Positions 39,101-54,500 of a stretch of 64,000 nucleotides of DNA are shown in pieces. How positions within the stretch are numbered: position 1 is the stretch's first letter; each line of letters opens with the position of its first letter. Source of the DNA: Tubiluchus corallicola (Eukaryota > Animalia > Priapulida); assembly GCA_030141605.1 (NCBI GenBank), contig JAQGDQ010000214.1, positions 62,001 through 126,000 of the forward strand, read 5' to 3'. A program made the position numbers and the translations under genes. Below the pieces are notes generated by a model that did not search any database, was not told the origin of the DNA, and worked only from the letters and a program-made list of their open reading frames with translations.

Positions 39101-42100
39101 GCTGCCGCTAGAACAGAACAAACTTGCTTTAAGGGTAGTTCATTATCTTTTAATTAATTAGTTAATAATTTTTAGATATTAACCATTATTGCTAAAATAA
39201 TAATATAACTAAATATAATTTCCCAACCCGCTTTTCATATTAAGTGTCATAATTCTCATTTTTGCATCACGTTGTGTCTTCGAATCCCCCTTATACCAAG
39301 TTTCACTCGAATAGTACTCTCTATCCACTTTCCCAAGTCTACTCAGCCTTAATACCTGTCACATACTGGAAGAAGAAGGACAGGCTAGCAATTGAATACA
39401 CACCTATCCTCGTTATGCACTGCGGTTACGAATATAGATGAGGTACCCATCTATCTCTAAACCTTTAGGGACGGGACAACTCTTTTTCATGTTCTCTTGT
39501 ACAACACAGTAAGTGCCACTTAATAGACTCACTTTGGGATGGAAGTGTTTTGACTTATTCACTTTGACTTTTTGACCAATTAACCGACTGATTCACGTAG
39601 CCAATGGGTGTAGCCTATTACTACTATATAAGTATGAGTCATTACTCATCAGCTTAGTAAGCATTGCAATGGCGTTAAATGAATATTGAAAACGAATTAA
39701 TGTCAAAATTCCTATGTGCAATTATTTAAGTACACTAATTTGTATAAGTGAATTAATGAAAAAAGAAAATAAAAAATTTCACAAATCTAATTATTACCAC
39801 TAAAAATTACAAAAATTCATGCATGGTCGGTTGCTTCATTTCTTCACTAAGAAGTTGGTTTATGAAATTCTCATAGTGATAAAAACATTGAAAACCTGTT
39901 ACTGTATGCCGCACATATTCACCCAAAACACCTAGTCACCTAGTGCTTGAGCTGCAGTTGGTGACCTTGTTTCCTCTGTGGAAAGCAGCGGGAACTTCAA
40001 AAGCAAACCGCTGGATAAGTGATTGAAAGTTTAGCTTCCAGAAATAACAAGGTTAACTGCAGAGGATGACAAGCGGGTGACATATTCAAAGTAAAACCGT
40101 GACATATTAGCGCATATGTTAAATGTAGTGCACCTGCTTATAACCAAAGTTATACCTAACGTAACTGCTTCAACGTATATTACAGTGCATAAAATCAACA
40201 TAAAGATAATATAAAAGCAGTAAAAGCTCTTTGGGTACACACAAGTGTCTTATTTTAAGTACGTGAAGGAAAAATATTGAGCCAACTATGCGGAGTTATT
40301 TGTGTCAATTATCAGCAGTTTTTATATACATTTGAATAGTAGCACCCCGTACCAGACGTTTTGAGTCAATTAGGCGACTGATTCCATTAACCGTGAGTCT
40401 TATAAACAGTGCATATTGTAGTTACAGCCCGATTACTTTTAAGCCTCTATCTCCTATTTAATCAATGAAATTAATTGTACCTGGTTTGAGATGTGCAAAT
40501 GGTAGTTCACCAGACAGTAATTCCCATAGGCAGAGAGCAAAGCTAAAAACATCAGCTTTTATGCTATACCTCGTGCATTGTGTAAACACTTCTGGAGCCA
40601 TCCATCGTAGATTCTAGAAACAAAATTTGACTAAAACGTGCTTACAATTAGCACGTATTACATAGAAGCTTTATAACACAGTAACTATTTTCATAACTAT
40701 TATTGTTGAAAACAACACCAGTATGCGCTTCTCGAGTAAAAGTGTTTATTCGTGGTTGCATGGATCTGCCCTTGCAAACCTGTTTTCATTGTATACATTT
40801 AACTCTATGCAAACTAGTTTTAAATCCATTCCCATTAGCCATGTAATGACTTGCATATAGGCTTTCCTTCTCACAAGGTATATATATATATAGTTGCAAT
40901 CTTGTCAAAATCTTCCTAGCTAGGTTGGGGAGTCATACCATCACGTCAAAGATAATCCGTAGCCAGTTCTCAGTATGTAGTCATTATATTTGCATTTTCT
41001 AGTGATTATGTAAATTGTTTCACTCATGTTCATTTTGATGTAGCCAATGGCTCATACATTTAGATCTATTTTTTCTCTGCCTAAAACCGTAGTATTTAGC
41101 TGTATTTATTCGCATTGCCATTGATCATTGTTTCCCATATGATCAATGTAATATCACTTGTTAAATGTTCGTGTAATGTTAAAATAATTATGCACATATT
41201 TTAAATTTATTGTTCTTGTTTTCTATAAATAGCATTACTACTCAGAATTTTGATATTAACAAACTTTCTTCTAATCGTATATTTGCAAAATGTGGATTTG
41301 AACTTTGAAAGTTTTTCAGTCGCCCATAAACCACTTCTCCCTTTTTGTAAAGAGCTAAAAGATTAAAAATTCAAAAATATTTACAAAAAACAAAAACGTA
41401 ATCTGTGTTCGTGACAATTAATACCAATTTAAGTGATTATAAAAAATGACTTATTTCATATCATGTAATAGTTGTCACAATCTATAAGATCTGTTTTTGA
41501 GCATGCCTATGTAGTAGATTCGTTCACAGACATTGCAACCATTACTGGCATTATAGTAAGCAATTTTATAATAAGACTTTTGCATTTTGACCGATATTCC
41601 GGCATCATGTTCATGACAATTTAAACAATTTTATTTCCACTTACACATCGAATGGAAAAAAATTAGATTAAAGGAAGACAGGACGATCTTTCATATACTA
41701 CCTCATTTTCAAGTCCGATAAAAAGTATACATTTTAACGCAATTAATAAAGCAAAAGCATTTTTAATAATTAAATAATAGATTAAAAACTTAATGAATGG
41801 TGGGCGAGCCCAACTACTGATGACATCACAAACTAACATAATTTTCAACAGCAAAAATATTCTACAAGCGTGTTGCCTGGAAGCAGTTTTGTTACAGCAA
41901 AATGAACATGTAGCGATCAAATATCTTCAGATTAGAAAATAAAACATACCCCTGGTTGCTTTGTCATATTGTCATCATCAACTGAACGCAAAAATCTGGA
42001 TTCTGCAAAACATAAAGAATACCTACGTTACTTATTGCAGTTAATATAACACACATCTGATAACTTCAAGATCTGAATAAAAAATACTAACACTATTAGG

Positions 42101-45100
42101 TTTCTTTACCTCCAAAGTCGGCTACGACAGCATGACCATTTTCGTCCAGCAAAATATTGTGGCTGTTAAGATCACGGTGTATAATTGGCTGAGGTAGATT
42201 ATGGAGATACTCCATGCCTCTAGCCACGTCCAAGGCAATGTCAAGCTTGGACCGAATGTCAATCAACCGCTTCTGTTCATGTATTATATTGAAGAGTGAT
42301 CCACCCGCTACATATTGTGTGACTATAGCAAATTGCTAAAGAAGAAATGACAACAATTATATTACAGTGATTATAACGAAGTAATAATTTACTTCCATTT
42401 ACGGCATAACCAATTAATCTGTGATTATGGCATCTCTGATTATTTAGCAATACTAACACTGGGATCTTCTAAACACGCTCCAATGAAGGTGATCACACAT
42501 GGGTGGTTCAACTGGCAGATAATGGAAACTTCTCGACAAAACATATCAACGTCAGATTTAGCGCAAAAAGTATTGGCACGATATCTAAAACGAGAAAATG
42601 AAAACTGTTACTTCTTCATTTTTATCTGATTATATTTCACATAACAATAAAAAATAACAATAGTTTGAAAAACAGTAAAATTTTTAGACACTGTTATAAT
42701 TAAACATGAAGACTAAAATCTACATAAAAAATGGCGGGAAGTGAACAAAATGGCTCTCAACTATTTAAAGCCAATGATCCAGTAATATTTAAAACCGGGA
42801 ATGAATTTTACTTTCTTTGTTGTTTAGTTCTTCTATTCAAGAATAAATAATAGATTTATATATCAGGTGGCGCAAAAAAATGTGCCAAAGTTTCCATCGT
42901 GATATTACAAAAGGAAAATAACGGAATCGCCCGGGAATTATCTCACTGATGTTACAGATGCACTTGTGTATAAAAACCTGTATATTTAGATCACTACCTT
43001 TGATTTTTCCAAAGATACAGAAGCTTTATATTAACAAGTCAAAAAATAAATAAATGCCAGAAAAAATTAGTATGTTACAATTGAGCAAGTGCTCTATGTG
43101 TCAGCCATTTTCAACACCAACTAGACAAGAGTATTTCTTTCAACAACTGACACAAGTTTCTGACTGTTTTAATGGCTGTTTGCTGCTCAACTTTTGCTTT
43201 TAGTACCTTTGCATAAAACAGCTCTTTAAGGGAATTCCAGATATTGAAATCTGGAGGATGAAGTCCTACTTTTTTTTATTAATCTTTATCAGTACTTTAT
43301 TTTCTGTAGTGAAAACTTACATGCAAACGGGTTAATTTCTTCATTGTTCTTATACACCAACATGGTTGTTCTTCAATTATTGACTGTGACATTGTTCCGG
43401 CATTTAAATTTTTACAAGCAAACATTTTTCGGCCATAACTTAAAAAATACTAAACCTGTAAACTTGTAGCTACCAAAAGCTAATTTACTGTAATATTATG
43501 CAGTGGCAATTTAACTTTTTAGGGCACTTACTTCTATTATTATTATAATCTAAACTTTGGGACATTTTTTCTGTACCACCCAATAAAATAAATAAGAAAT
43601 TAAAATTATGTGATATTTTAGAACAGACAAAATGTTCACATGCTTACCGTTTGATTGCAACTGTTTTACCCTTGTACTTCCCCTTATACACCTTGCCAAA
43701 TGAACCACTGCCAATTGCTTCATTGCATTCAATGTCATTTATATTCAGGTGGAAAGCATGAGGTAGTGAAGCTCGCAACTGCAGCACAAATGCTTTTTCT
43801 GCAAAAAACTATTATTATTATTAATCTTATTTAATTGTGATTTCTATAAACAGAGCAAATAAAAGTTTACAGTGCATTATAAAAACTAGTGAGATAAAAT
43901 ACATGACAAATAAGCAATTTCAGGCATCACAGGTTATGTTTATGTTTATGTTTTTAACTTATGTCTCTACTTTTATATAATATATTAGTCTGTGTGTGTA
44001 GGCTTGCATGAATTTATAAAGAGATTCTAAATGGATTTTACTTTTCCCTTTCAAACGTATTAGTATTAGTATTGATGATCAGCAGCGGCTCATGTATAGG
44101 TACTGCTGAACTGTAGCACCCCCTATTTTCACTCAATATTATCGATAATATTCAATATAATAAGTCTCTTTCTTAGTTCTTTTACACTTGTACGGAATCA
44201 GAGCATGTGAGGGTAGTATGTTTGCTTCACAGCAAAGGCGGCGTTTGGCTGTTATGCGCATGTGGCAATGCGCACATGTGTGAGCGCAGATAGAAAAAGC
44301 ACTGTCGCGCACACAGTTTGATGTCAGTTCATACGTGCTTACCGTGAATGGATTACACTTGAAATGCGACAATTTAGGCTATTAGTAAGCAAAAAACTTT
44401 TTTTTGGTTAAGTTTTTATCAAGTTTATGTATAAACTTTCATATGTTTGTTTGTTTGAACTTACAATTACAAATTACAACATTCAAAAATACATGTTTGT
44501 TTTGTTTTACACAGTATTAAATTTAACAAAGGCTAATAATTCCCTGAAGCAGCAACCCCAGTAATTTTACCTATGAGCCGCCACTGTTCATGATACATCA
44601 ACATTTTTAGTGAAAATATTAAATCAACTATCTTGATTTATACACAAGTAAAAAAACTGGTAACTGCTAGTGCAAACAGAGGTCTATTTTGTGCTCATTG
44701 TAAAAAAGTCACAATGATAGTAATAATGATGGTAGAAAACCTTTGGTCATGCTGCGCAGCTTCCCTAGAGGAGAAGGTACAGTAACATAGGAACCATCGC
44801 CAACTGCCGAGGAATAATCGCCCTGAGGTGATTCGTCTTGCGGACGCTTGTGATGCTTCAGTAACGTCACAATGTCATCATGACCTACAAGAATGACAAA
44901 AAAAGTGAATATGAAGCAGTTAAACAGAAAACTGCAAAAGCTTAAGAGAATTTGATGTCATTGATGTTAGAGTAAAATGGCAAGAGCATGACTCAACAGC
45001 TAATATGAATCAGGTACACAGAAAACTGCAAAAGATTTAGACAATCAGATGCCATTGATGTTAGAGTAAAATGGCAAGAGCATGACTAACAGCTTCTGAA

Positions 45101-45528
45101 TCTTTGTTTACTTATGAAGTATGTGCAGCATGCAAAAACATCTAAGCAACTTTTCTCAAGAATACTTAACTATGGAAAAGCAATATGTGTGTGCAGTACT
45201 GGATATTATTTTTATTATCCTAGAAACTTTTTCTGAGATCTTACTAATTATAAAAGAATTTCTAGAAAACTTAAAACAAAAATTACTTTCACAACAGGCC
45301 TGAAATCATGTCTCACTTTGTATAAAATTTAACTGATTTATTATTTGCATTTGTAAATTTTTTTAGACGTAATGTAGTAAATGAGGTTTGACAAACAGTG
45401 CAACAGAGAAACAAGAAGGTATATTCGGAGGCTGCAGATTCCTAATCTCCATCGCAGTATATAATAATACTAAGTACACAGTACTTAATAATAATAGCAG
45501 CAGCAGCACCAACAGCAACAACAACAGC

Positions 45529-45579
<51 letters not shown>

Positions 45580-48500
45580 AACTGCAATTTATCAGAAACA
45601 GGCAAGTGGCAATGACGGTATTACTTAAGATATTATTAATGCAATGTTTTTGTTAGTAGTATGTACCTCGTTCATAAGCCCACATCAGACATGTCTGCTC
45701 TTCTTTTCTCTCACTTCCTCCACTCTGATCACTTGCATAAGCAGTCAGATTCAGGTCTGCGCCATGTTCCAGCAAAAACTGGACAACATCGATGTGACCA
45801 TGATAGCAAGCACTATGCAATGCTGAACACAGAAATATGAATTTAACAGCTATGATGCAAATATAACAATTATTATGACAAGGGCTAGAAAAGTCCTAAT
45901 CTGGGTAATCCGTTAGTGCAGTGACTAGCAGATGTGACAACAGTAGGTAACGCCACGCTCAGACTGGCGAGTTTTCTCTCGCGAATTTCCTCTTTGAGAG
46001 TAAATTTGCAATTGTGAACAGCTTTGCGAGTTCTGTCGGCAAGTTTTTGCAAACTCTCCAAGTGTTGCCGTGAGGTCACTCTCTTGTTGAGGTGCTTGTG
46101 ATCTTCAAAGAGGTATGTCTTTAATAAGCCAACAGATGTTTGGAAATGCATTTTACGGTCAATAAAACACATCTTTTCTTGTGTCTCACAAAACCCTTTA
46201 ATTCTTCTATTCATAAATGTCATGGCACTATTAAATTTACTGTCCGATCATGGCAGAACGCCAGACACTAGCACTACACTCGGCAAGATGCGAGTTCCAG
46301 CGAGGTGTAACGCTGCTCAGGTTGACGACAACTGAGCATCTGTGAACATACAGTGATTGGTGGTAATGAGCAACTGTGGTGCAAACAATGCTCAGGTTGC
46401 TGCGATTGATTGAAACTGGACAGATACCATATGCCACAGTAGAACACTAGCAACTTATTGGAAGCAAGTTGCATTGAATCGAGTTGCAAGCTTACTTATG
46501 TCGACTAGATATACTCAGAACTAGCAGCATGCCAGTTGCTCTCAGCTGTGTTGCGTCGCAAGGTAAAAACTTGCGACAGAACTTGCAAAGCTGTTGACAT
46601 TTGTGAGTTTACTTTAAGAGAAAACTTGCCAGACTGAACAAGCTGTAAAGGGTTTGCGATTCTCTTAATAAGGCTAAGAATACAGAAATATTCTTAATCG
46701 CAGGAGTAAGTTTATAAGGCTATTAAGAACTGTACCTGTATGTCCATCCTTTCCTGTGAAGTTAATACCAATGACATTTTGTTGCAACAAGAATTCTATA
46801 AGGTGAATACTTTTCCCATTAGTGCACGCCCTATCAAAGCAAAAATTATATTTTTAAAATATTCCCTGTTGGTGAAAATAAAACGAAAACGATGAACATA
46901 CTGTTCTGGTAATAATTATTCGTAGTCAAGTTATACACTTGTGCTATTGTGTAGATTTTAGAGTATATTTTTAAAGGTAAACGTGAAACTATAATTCCAC
47001 TTGTTTTTAATGATACTGCTGTATAAATAAACAAAAAACATAAACATTTCAAACGGCATAAGCATATCATACGCTGTTCAAATTTCGGGTTTTCACCTTT
47101 TGTATCGGAGGCTGAATACTGTGAATAATTTGACAGTATTAGTTTACACTTGTCCAAGAGATTTCTACTCTTTAAAATTGTAAACAAGAATAGTAGTACA
47201 AGGCTTTCCACAAAGTTCAGGCATTTCAAATAATTGTAAGTCTCCACTTAACTGTACAGTATTTAATTTAATTAGTTTTTAACTGTAGCTGAATAATTTA
47301 ATTCATTTGTCGGTGACATCAGCTCTTGCAGCTTGTACTTGTGTGTTTTTAAAATCTACCTAAAATAAATGCTTATCTTATTTTATCTTATAGTAAAATA
47401 AAAATACAAATCATGAATGAAAGTGTAAACATTTAAACAATTTGGTGTCAGTATTTTAATATCAGTGAATATCATATTGACTATCTTTGATGGGGTAACA
47501 CCACGAGATACAAATAAGTAAATGTTTACTCAAACTCCTTTCCTACTATCAATAAACACTTATATAAGACTTACGCATGAAAAGGTGTTTCACTGAATAT
47601 ATTTTCAATAGATAAACTGTCCACTCCAGCCTTAGTTATGATATAGATAGCTATCTCTTCTCTGCCACTATAGCAAGCTCTGCAACAACATTAGTGAAGT
47701 TACTGTAACGGTGATTACAACAACGAACCTGATCATCTTAACTATAATCAATAATTATGATAAATTAACCACTGTCTCCATCACAATGTCACTGTAGGCT
47801 ATCAGCATTTTCGTTCTAAAAAAACCAGAGTGATGTAAAAAAGGAAAGAATTTTCAATGAAATTTTACATGTTGTGGTTTCGAGTTTAATGTTAAAAGTC
47901 TATACGTACCAGAGCAAAATCAGGATGCAGTCCACATGCATTAGTAATTTTATACTTGCACACATCAAACAGTAAAGTTCAGGTAACATGCTCTGCAATA
48001 GTAAAACGACTATAAACAATAATTAGGAAGAGCAAAACTAATAAAATCCTCATGATAATAAACCTTTCACAGTTTCAGCGATTGATGCTGATCGTGAAAA
48101 GATCAAAAGGTTAAGTGTACCAGACAATGCATTTGTGTACCCTTGTAATAGTAAGTTTTACAATTAGTTAGAACCTTACCTAGTTTATTTTTTCTTATTC
48201 CCTAGAAAGATCCTGCTAGTAAATCGCTCTACACAAAGACTGATGCATACTTAACTAAAGCCCACTTAAAACTGAACTGATGTGGCAGATGGCTTTGCTT
48301 TACCCACATGTCACGTGATGGTTGTAGTTAAGACACGTTGCTGTGGTACACTTAATCTTTGACATACAGCAATTACACATGTGCAAAACGAAACTGTGAA
48401 AAAGCTTATTAACTTCAATCCTTGAATGTCATAAACAGCCCGCTAATAATGTCCCCCAATTGGACAAATTCAATTTTGCTGCATTTTGCAACTACATCGC

Positions 48501-51500
48501 CTCCGTAAGCGGTCCACAGTGGCCATTCTAAAACCCATCATTTCACAAAGACAAAAACTACAAGAAAATCACTGCCACTCTTACTGCTGTATAAAACAAT
48601 TAAATTATGCACTTTAATATTGTGTTAATAAAGTTAGTTAAGAATTTTGAACTGACATCTAGCACATACCACAGGCACCTATTAGTAAGTTAGTTAGGCT
48701 ATTTGTCATAAACAATGGTTTAACTTGCATTTTAGTTATCAAACATATAAGTTTGTTTATTCCACAAATATAGCGGTTGCTTAATAATGATTATGCTCAT
48801 TGTGTTACAGACTCTCTACAATGATAATAAAACATTGTTAATATTAGCTACAGGTTTTTATAGACATGCTACCAATTTTACAATAAGAGTAGCTAATCTC
48901 TAATAGCGCTGTAATAATACATCTATCGTACGTATCATGATACTAGCCTAAGGATACGATGTGTATACACTTGAGTTAACGTTTGCACCTGTTTCTTTAT
49001 AAATAAAAAATGATTTAGAATTTTTAGTTTTAGGATTGCTAGATGCTAAAATAACTCGATTAATTGCTTGATTTTCATTCACTACTTTGTAATGTGTAGG
49101 CTAACATATGTCTCTGAGGCATATACGCTTTAATGTGCAAAGACAACTTAAAAACAAGAAAAAACACAACTGCAAAAAGAAATTATGCTGCTACTAAAAT
49201 TGCAAGAAAATCATTTTGCATTAGTTATTTTTATTACAAAATGCGAAACAAACTCTTTAACTTGTCACAGATCACCAGTTAACTTACAGATGCAGTGGAG
49301 TGTCACCATACAAATTAGCAGCATGTGCATCGGCACCGTAGTCAGAATCAAGCAGTAAAGTAACGACATCAAGATGACCGGCTTTGGAAGCAAAGTGTAA
49401 TGGAGTATGCTCCTCATCGTCTTTTGCGTTTGCTGCAACAGTGAATCCTGTTTTCTAATTTCACTTTTGGAGATTTCGCACATAAACAACAAAAAACAAA
49501 TAAGAATAAAATGAACAAATCAGAGTGCTGCAAAGCTGATATAAATTTACTTTGCAAATTTTTTACAGATGAAAGTAACTGCCACCCCGCTTAGCAAAGA
49601 CATGAGTATTTATTCAGGCAGAGTTGTCTGCAACATTTCAACCTTAACATGAGCACGATCACCAAAGTTATACCTAATAAAAACATTGTAATTGTAATAT
49701 TTATTTGCATATATATACAAAATATTTTTACAAAATTTATCCAAAAAAACCCACTGAATTTCTACATATTACACATAATAAACAATATTTCGTTGGTTTG
49801 CGAGAATTAAAGAGGAACTTTGTGTATTCTGAACACGATGTATAAAAATGCACATCCAGGTCAAAAAATCTACATTATGAAAGGCAAAGAAAACAATTTC
49901 TAATTACTAAACTTACATATTGTCTAGTACATTGCCAAATGACTAAAAATTTAATGTTATGTAGACCACACAATTCATTTTTTGATCTGCACATGGCAAT
50001 AAGAGAAACAAAGATGAAAAGCATTACACTCATATATCAGTCTGCCGGCCTCGCTTTTATGGATATCGGAAAAATGGGACAAAGTCTGGACCACTAAAAG
50101 TCCTGCAACACTACAGACACAGTCATCTGTTTTGCGAGCTAACTGCTAATTGGCGGGTCATCACTTTGCTTACATTATTACAAAAGTCAACTAATTAGCG
50201 TATAATGACACGCGTGTAGCTTGTATGTCAGTTATGGGCCATCCTAGCTGTTCTTGAGACAATTAGTGTATTGATTCTACATTAGCATGAATCTAATACA
50301 CGGTGCCTACTGTATTAGCTTAGTATCGGTGAACACAGACAATAGGCCCACTTTAGACCAGCAAACAGAAATATTAGGGAATTTTCATCTTAAGCATTCG
50401 ATTTTCCCATCACCAGTCAGTTTTTTAGAAGTGCTGCTTTTCCCCTTTAATTAAAAAATCAAGTTAGTTTATTAGCCAGTGTGAAATTACAACTTCAGAT
50501 CCAATGTGGCACATGTACCACAGCATTTTTAGTACCACAAGCTGCAGCACAGAGTATTATATAATAACATTTACCATTATGAAAAATAATCAATAGCAGA
50601 ATCTCTAAAAAATTCTACTACAATCTAAACTTATACTGATACTCAAAGCTCATACCATCAGCATACGCTTCCAACAGCATCTCACATATTTTCACATAAC
50701 CTTTAGCAGAAGCCAGATGTAGTGGAGTATCACCAACGGCACCTCTCGAGTCCACCTCTGCACCTTTTGCCAATAGAATTTCCACCACCTGGAAAAAGTT
50801 TACCTGAAGTAGAGTAGCTAATTACCAGCATCTCTGTATGTGAAATTTGTAACATTTTAGTTCCATTTAAAAACAAGATGAAATTCATTTTGAAAAATAA
50901 GGGATAAATATTTCTTGGACAACTAACACAAAGCAATAAAAAGGAATGTCGCTACATATTCCTACATAGTCCAGTAAGAACAAAAAACGTTTGACGAGCA
51001 CAATTACATTGCATATCCTACAGGAAATCATAAACAAAGTGCTTGAATTGCATATCACAGTTAATATAACAAAAGGCATTCAAGAGTATTTAAGTTTTCC
51101 CAATATCCTAATCTTTACAGATCATTTTGAAACCAACTGCATCATCTAAGGTGGTTAAAATGTTTACTACATGTATTTCGAAATTACACTATTCAAACAA
51201 AGTACGTAAATTCTCAGAAATTTGCTTTTTAAATAATTTAAGACACTTAACAGTTCATTTTCTACCACGCCTTATAATTTTTTTATAATAAGACATTTAA
51301 CAAAAATTGTATGTTAGCTATTTATCTTATAACTCAGCTGTTACTTGATAAAACTATTAATTATTCTGCTCAATTATGTCACATGCACGTCACAGCATAA
51401 AATGAACAATCAACAAACCACTGTCTGTCTGTCTTACTTTATCTTGCCCGAAGAATGATGCCATGTGCAAAGCTGAAAACATGATCATGTCGCGTGTTTC

Positions 51501-54500
51501 TAAAGAAACTCCCCGTTTTAATAACAACCAAACAACCTAGAAATAATCATTAAATACAGTAACTATTTACTCTAAAGACGAGAAGTCATTAATGCTAAGT
51601 GCTTGGTATTTCACAAAAAACTCACATATATTGGTACAAAATGTCTTTGCACATATAGTTGTAAAACATCTCAAAGTCATCTATGAAACAAACTGTTATG
51701 GTTAATCTTAAAGTACGTTACGAAATCAAATAAACAAGCTATAAAATCGTATAAAACCACGAAATCTATAAGAAATAATAGTTAGTTTTACTTCCATTTA
51801 CTACAGTATTATTAATATTTGGTAGGCAGGGCTTGGCATTGAAATCGTATTACTAATGGCGCACTGACATGTGATAGGTGCACTAGTTTGCCATATTTTA
51901 GATATGGAATTTATAAATTTGCAGTGCTTTCAGATTGTTGCAGCCTTGAATTCTGTGTGGCGCTAATGAAACTATTCTTTCCTGAATTATATTGTGGTTT
52001 TATGCAATTAAAAACCTAAGGAAACTTTGTCACTTGTTAGTTAACATTTTAACCTAAAACGATGAAATTCGGGTGTTGAAAAACTTAACTAATAATCCTA
52101 AGAAATCATATTTCATTTGTCGATACCACATTTGCAGTTCATTATTTGTGTCAAGTGAAACTTGAAAGTAAAAAAAAAGTTTGAAATTATCAAGCAAATG
52201 TGCTTACATTTAACTGACACAAATGTTTGTTTTACTATGTATTTTGCTGAAACATGGTATACCTTAAAATCAACCAAGTCTTAACAGCAAAAACAGTAGT
52301 GTTGATACAAATATTACATCCAGGTTTGGTAAGAATAATTATAAAAAGATATAATAACTTTTTGAGTGATATTTCTATCAATGGCACATCTTTTTTTGAC
52401 TAATGTGTTACTATAAGTAAGCAATAACAACCTATACAACTTTTTTCACATCTGCGAAACTCCAGTGCAAAAGATAACCTTACAAAAATTAAAGACCGTG
52501 TATCAGTCACCTTCAGACAAAATTCTGATAGCAAAATTCTTGACATACAACACAAAAGAAATCTACTTCCAAAAGATTCATTGTTTATCTTTTATCATCT
52601 TAAAAGCTTAAAATTTGTTCAATCTATGGCAGGCAAAACTGAGAGCCAGGCAAATAATCTGACAAACATGCATTACTTTGGTAGTTGGTTCAACTTTAAA
52701 CTCTTTTATGTAACCACATACTAGTCAAGCCAGTAGTTTCAAGAGGAGAAAAGAGTAATATGACCAACAAACTAAAATCACAAAAAATAAACAGTAAAAT
52801 ATGATAATAAATTTGTACACAATACCTCTGCATGTCCACACATGGCTGCAATATGTAATGGAACTACACCAGAGAATCCAGCTTTTGATAAACCAATATT
52901 GCCTGAATAATCCAGCAGAGCTTTAACCAACTGAGGATCACCCTAAGTTTCAGTAACAAAAAATGATTTAAATACTTTACAGTTCTATGAAAGCACGAGA
53001 AAAGCAATCACAGCTATACTAATTAGCGTATTGTCAAAAGTGTGATAAACTCACATACAATTAATGTCTACACAAAAATCATTTACGAAAGTAAAACACA
53101 GTTAAAATTAGAAATAAGTCCCCTGTGTGATCAGGGCCAGAACTAGATGTGGCAAGCAGGGGGGGGGGCGCAAAAATTTTCTGGGGGGGGGGGGGGGCGA
53201 GGTATCCGAAGTGGTTAAATAATGGTTAAGCCAATTTTTACCCCTTTTATACTGCATGCAGGCCTATAATTAGCGTGTGTAGGACGACGTAGCGGACAAA
53301 GCAATAATGAGAAAATTAACTCTCAGTTAACCTAATGTTATTAATGTGCCTCTAACTAAAGTGTTTTTTACAGAAATTTATCATACGCAAGTTTTAAGAA
53401 GATAATACACTGAAGCTACCAAACATTTTTTTACCTAATTCTAATTCATATTGAAAATAATTACGTGCGAACTGCAATTTTCACTGCAAAAAAATTATTT
53501 GTCCGATTTTGCAGGGGGGGGGCGCAAATTTTGACAAGGGGGGCGCCCCCCCTTCGCTCCCCCCTAGTTCCGCCCCTGTTTGTGATATAAGTGAAACTTT
53601 GTCTATTTATACCTTGTATGCAGCAAGATGTAGAGCAGTGAACCCACTTCGGCTAACAGCAGAATGGTCAACACCTTTAGCAGACAATAGGTGGACAAGG
53701 TCGCTTGAACCTAATTTAAAGAAAAACAAGACATTAATGTGTAGCAATATGCAAGGAAAAGACAATACACCAACTAGAATAAGTGCAATATTGCTTATAC
53801 ACGTAATTATAAGTATTACATTTTATTTATAATAACAAGCGCCTCACAAATGTTCTTTGTAAAATGTATTTTATTAAAATAAGACTTTAACATTATCTGA
53901 ATAAATAAACTTGGTTACCGTATATGCTCGCATATAAGCCGAATTTAGAACTATAAAATACAATACTGAAATCAGGGGGTCGACTTATATGCGCATGAAA
54001 CAAAATGAACACAAGGACAGACACTAATGCCAATTTTCCAGCCACACATTTTCATCGTTATCTGACTCTTTATTTGGTTGTGTGTCACCAGTGGTGTATT
54101 GGAGAGGGATCGTGGGGGATCGCCGTCCACCCACTTTTTTTTTTAGAAAAAATTCACATTTCAATAAATGTCTGCTTTTTGTATTCATTAGATAAAAAAT
54201 ATTAAAAATGTATACGGGTTTAATATTAAATCTACTTGTTTTCATTTTTTCAAAAAACGGTTTTAAATAATGTCAATTTCTTTCAAATTTGTGAATGTAA
54301 AATGGTAAGTCTTGAGACTAGCCGTCCACCTACTTTTTATTTAGCAATACACCACTATGTGTCACCAGTTGCGAGCCGTAACCAAGCTACAGCTAGTGGT
54401 GAAGCCGACGTCATCAGCCAATTGGTAGGCAGCGCGTGGGGAGACAAACCATGAACCAATTTCTATGAACCAAAAATACGCAATTAACAAAATGTGAAAA

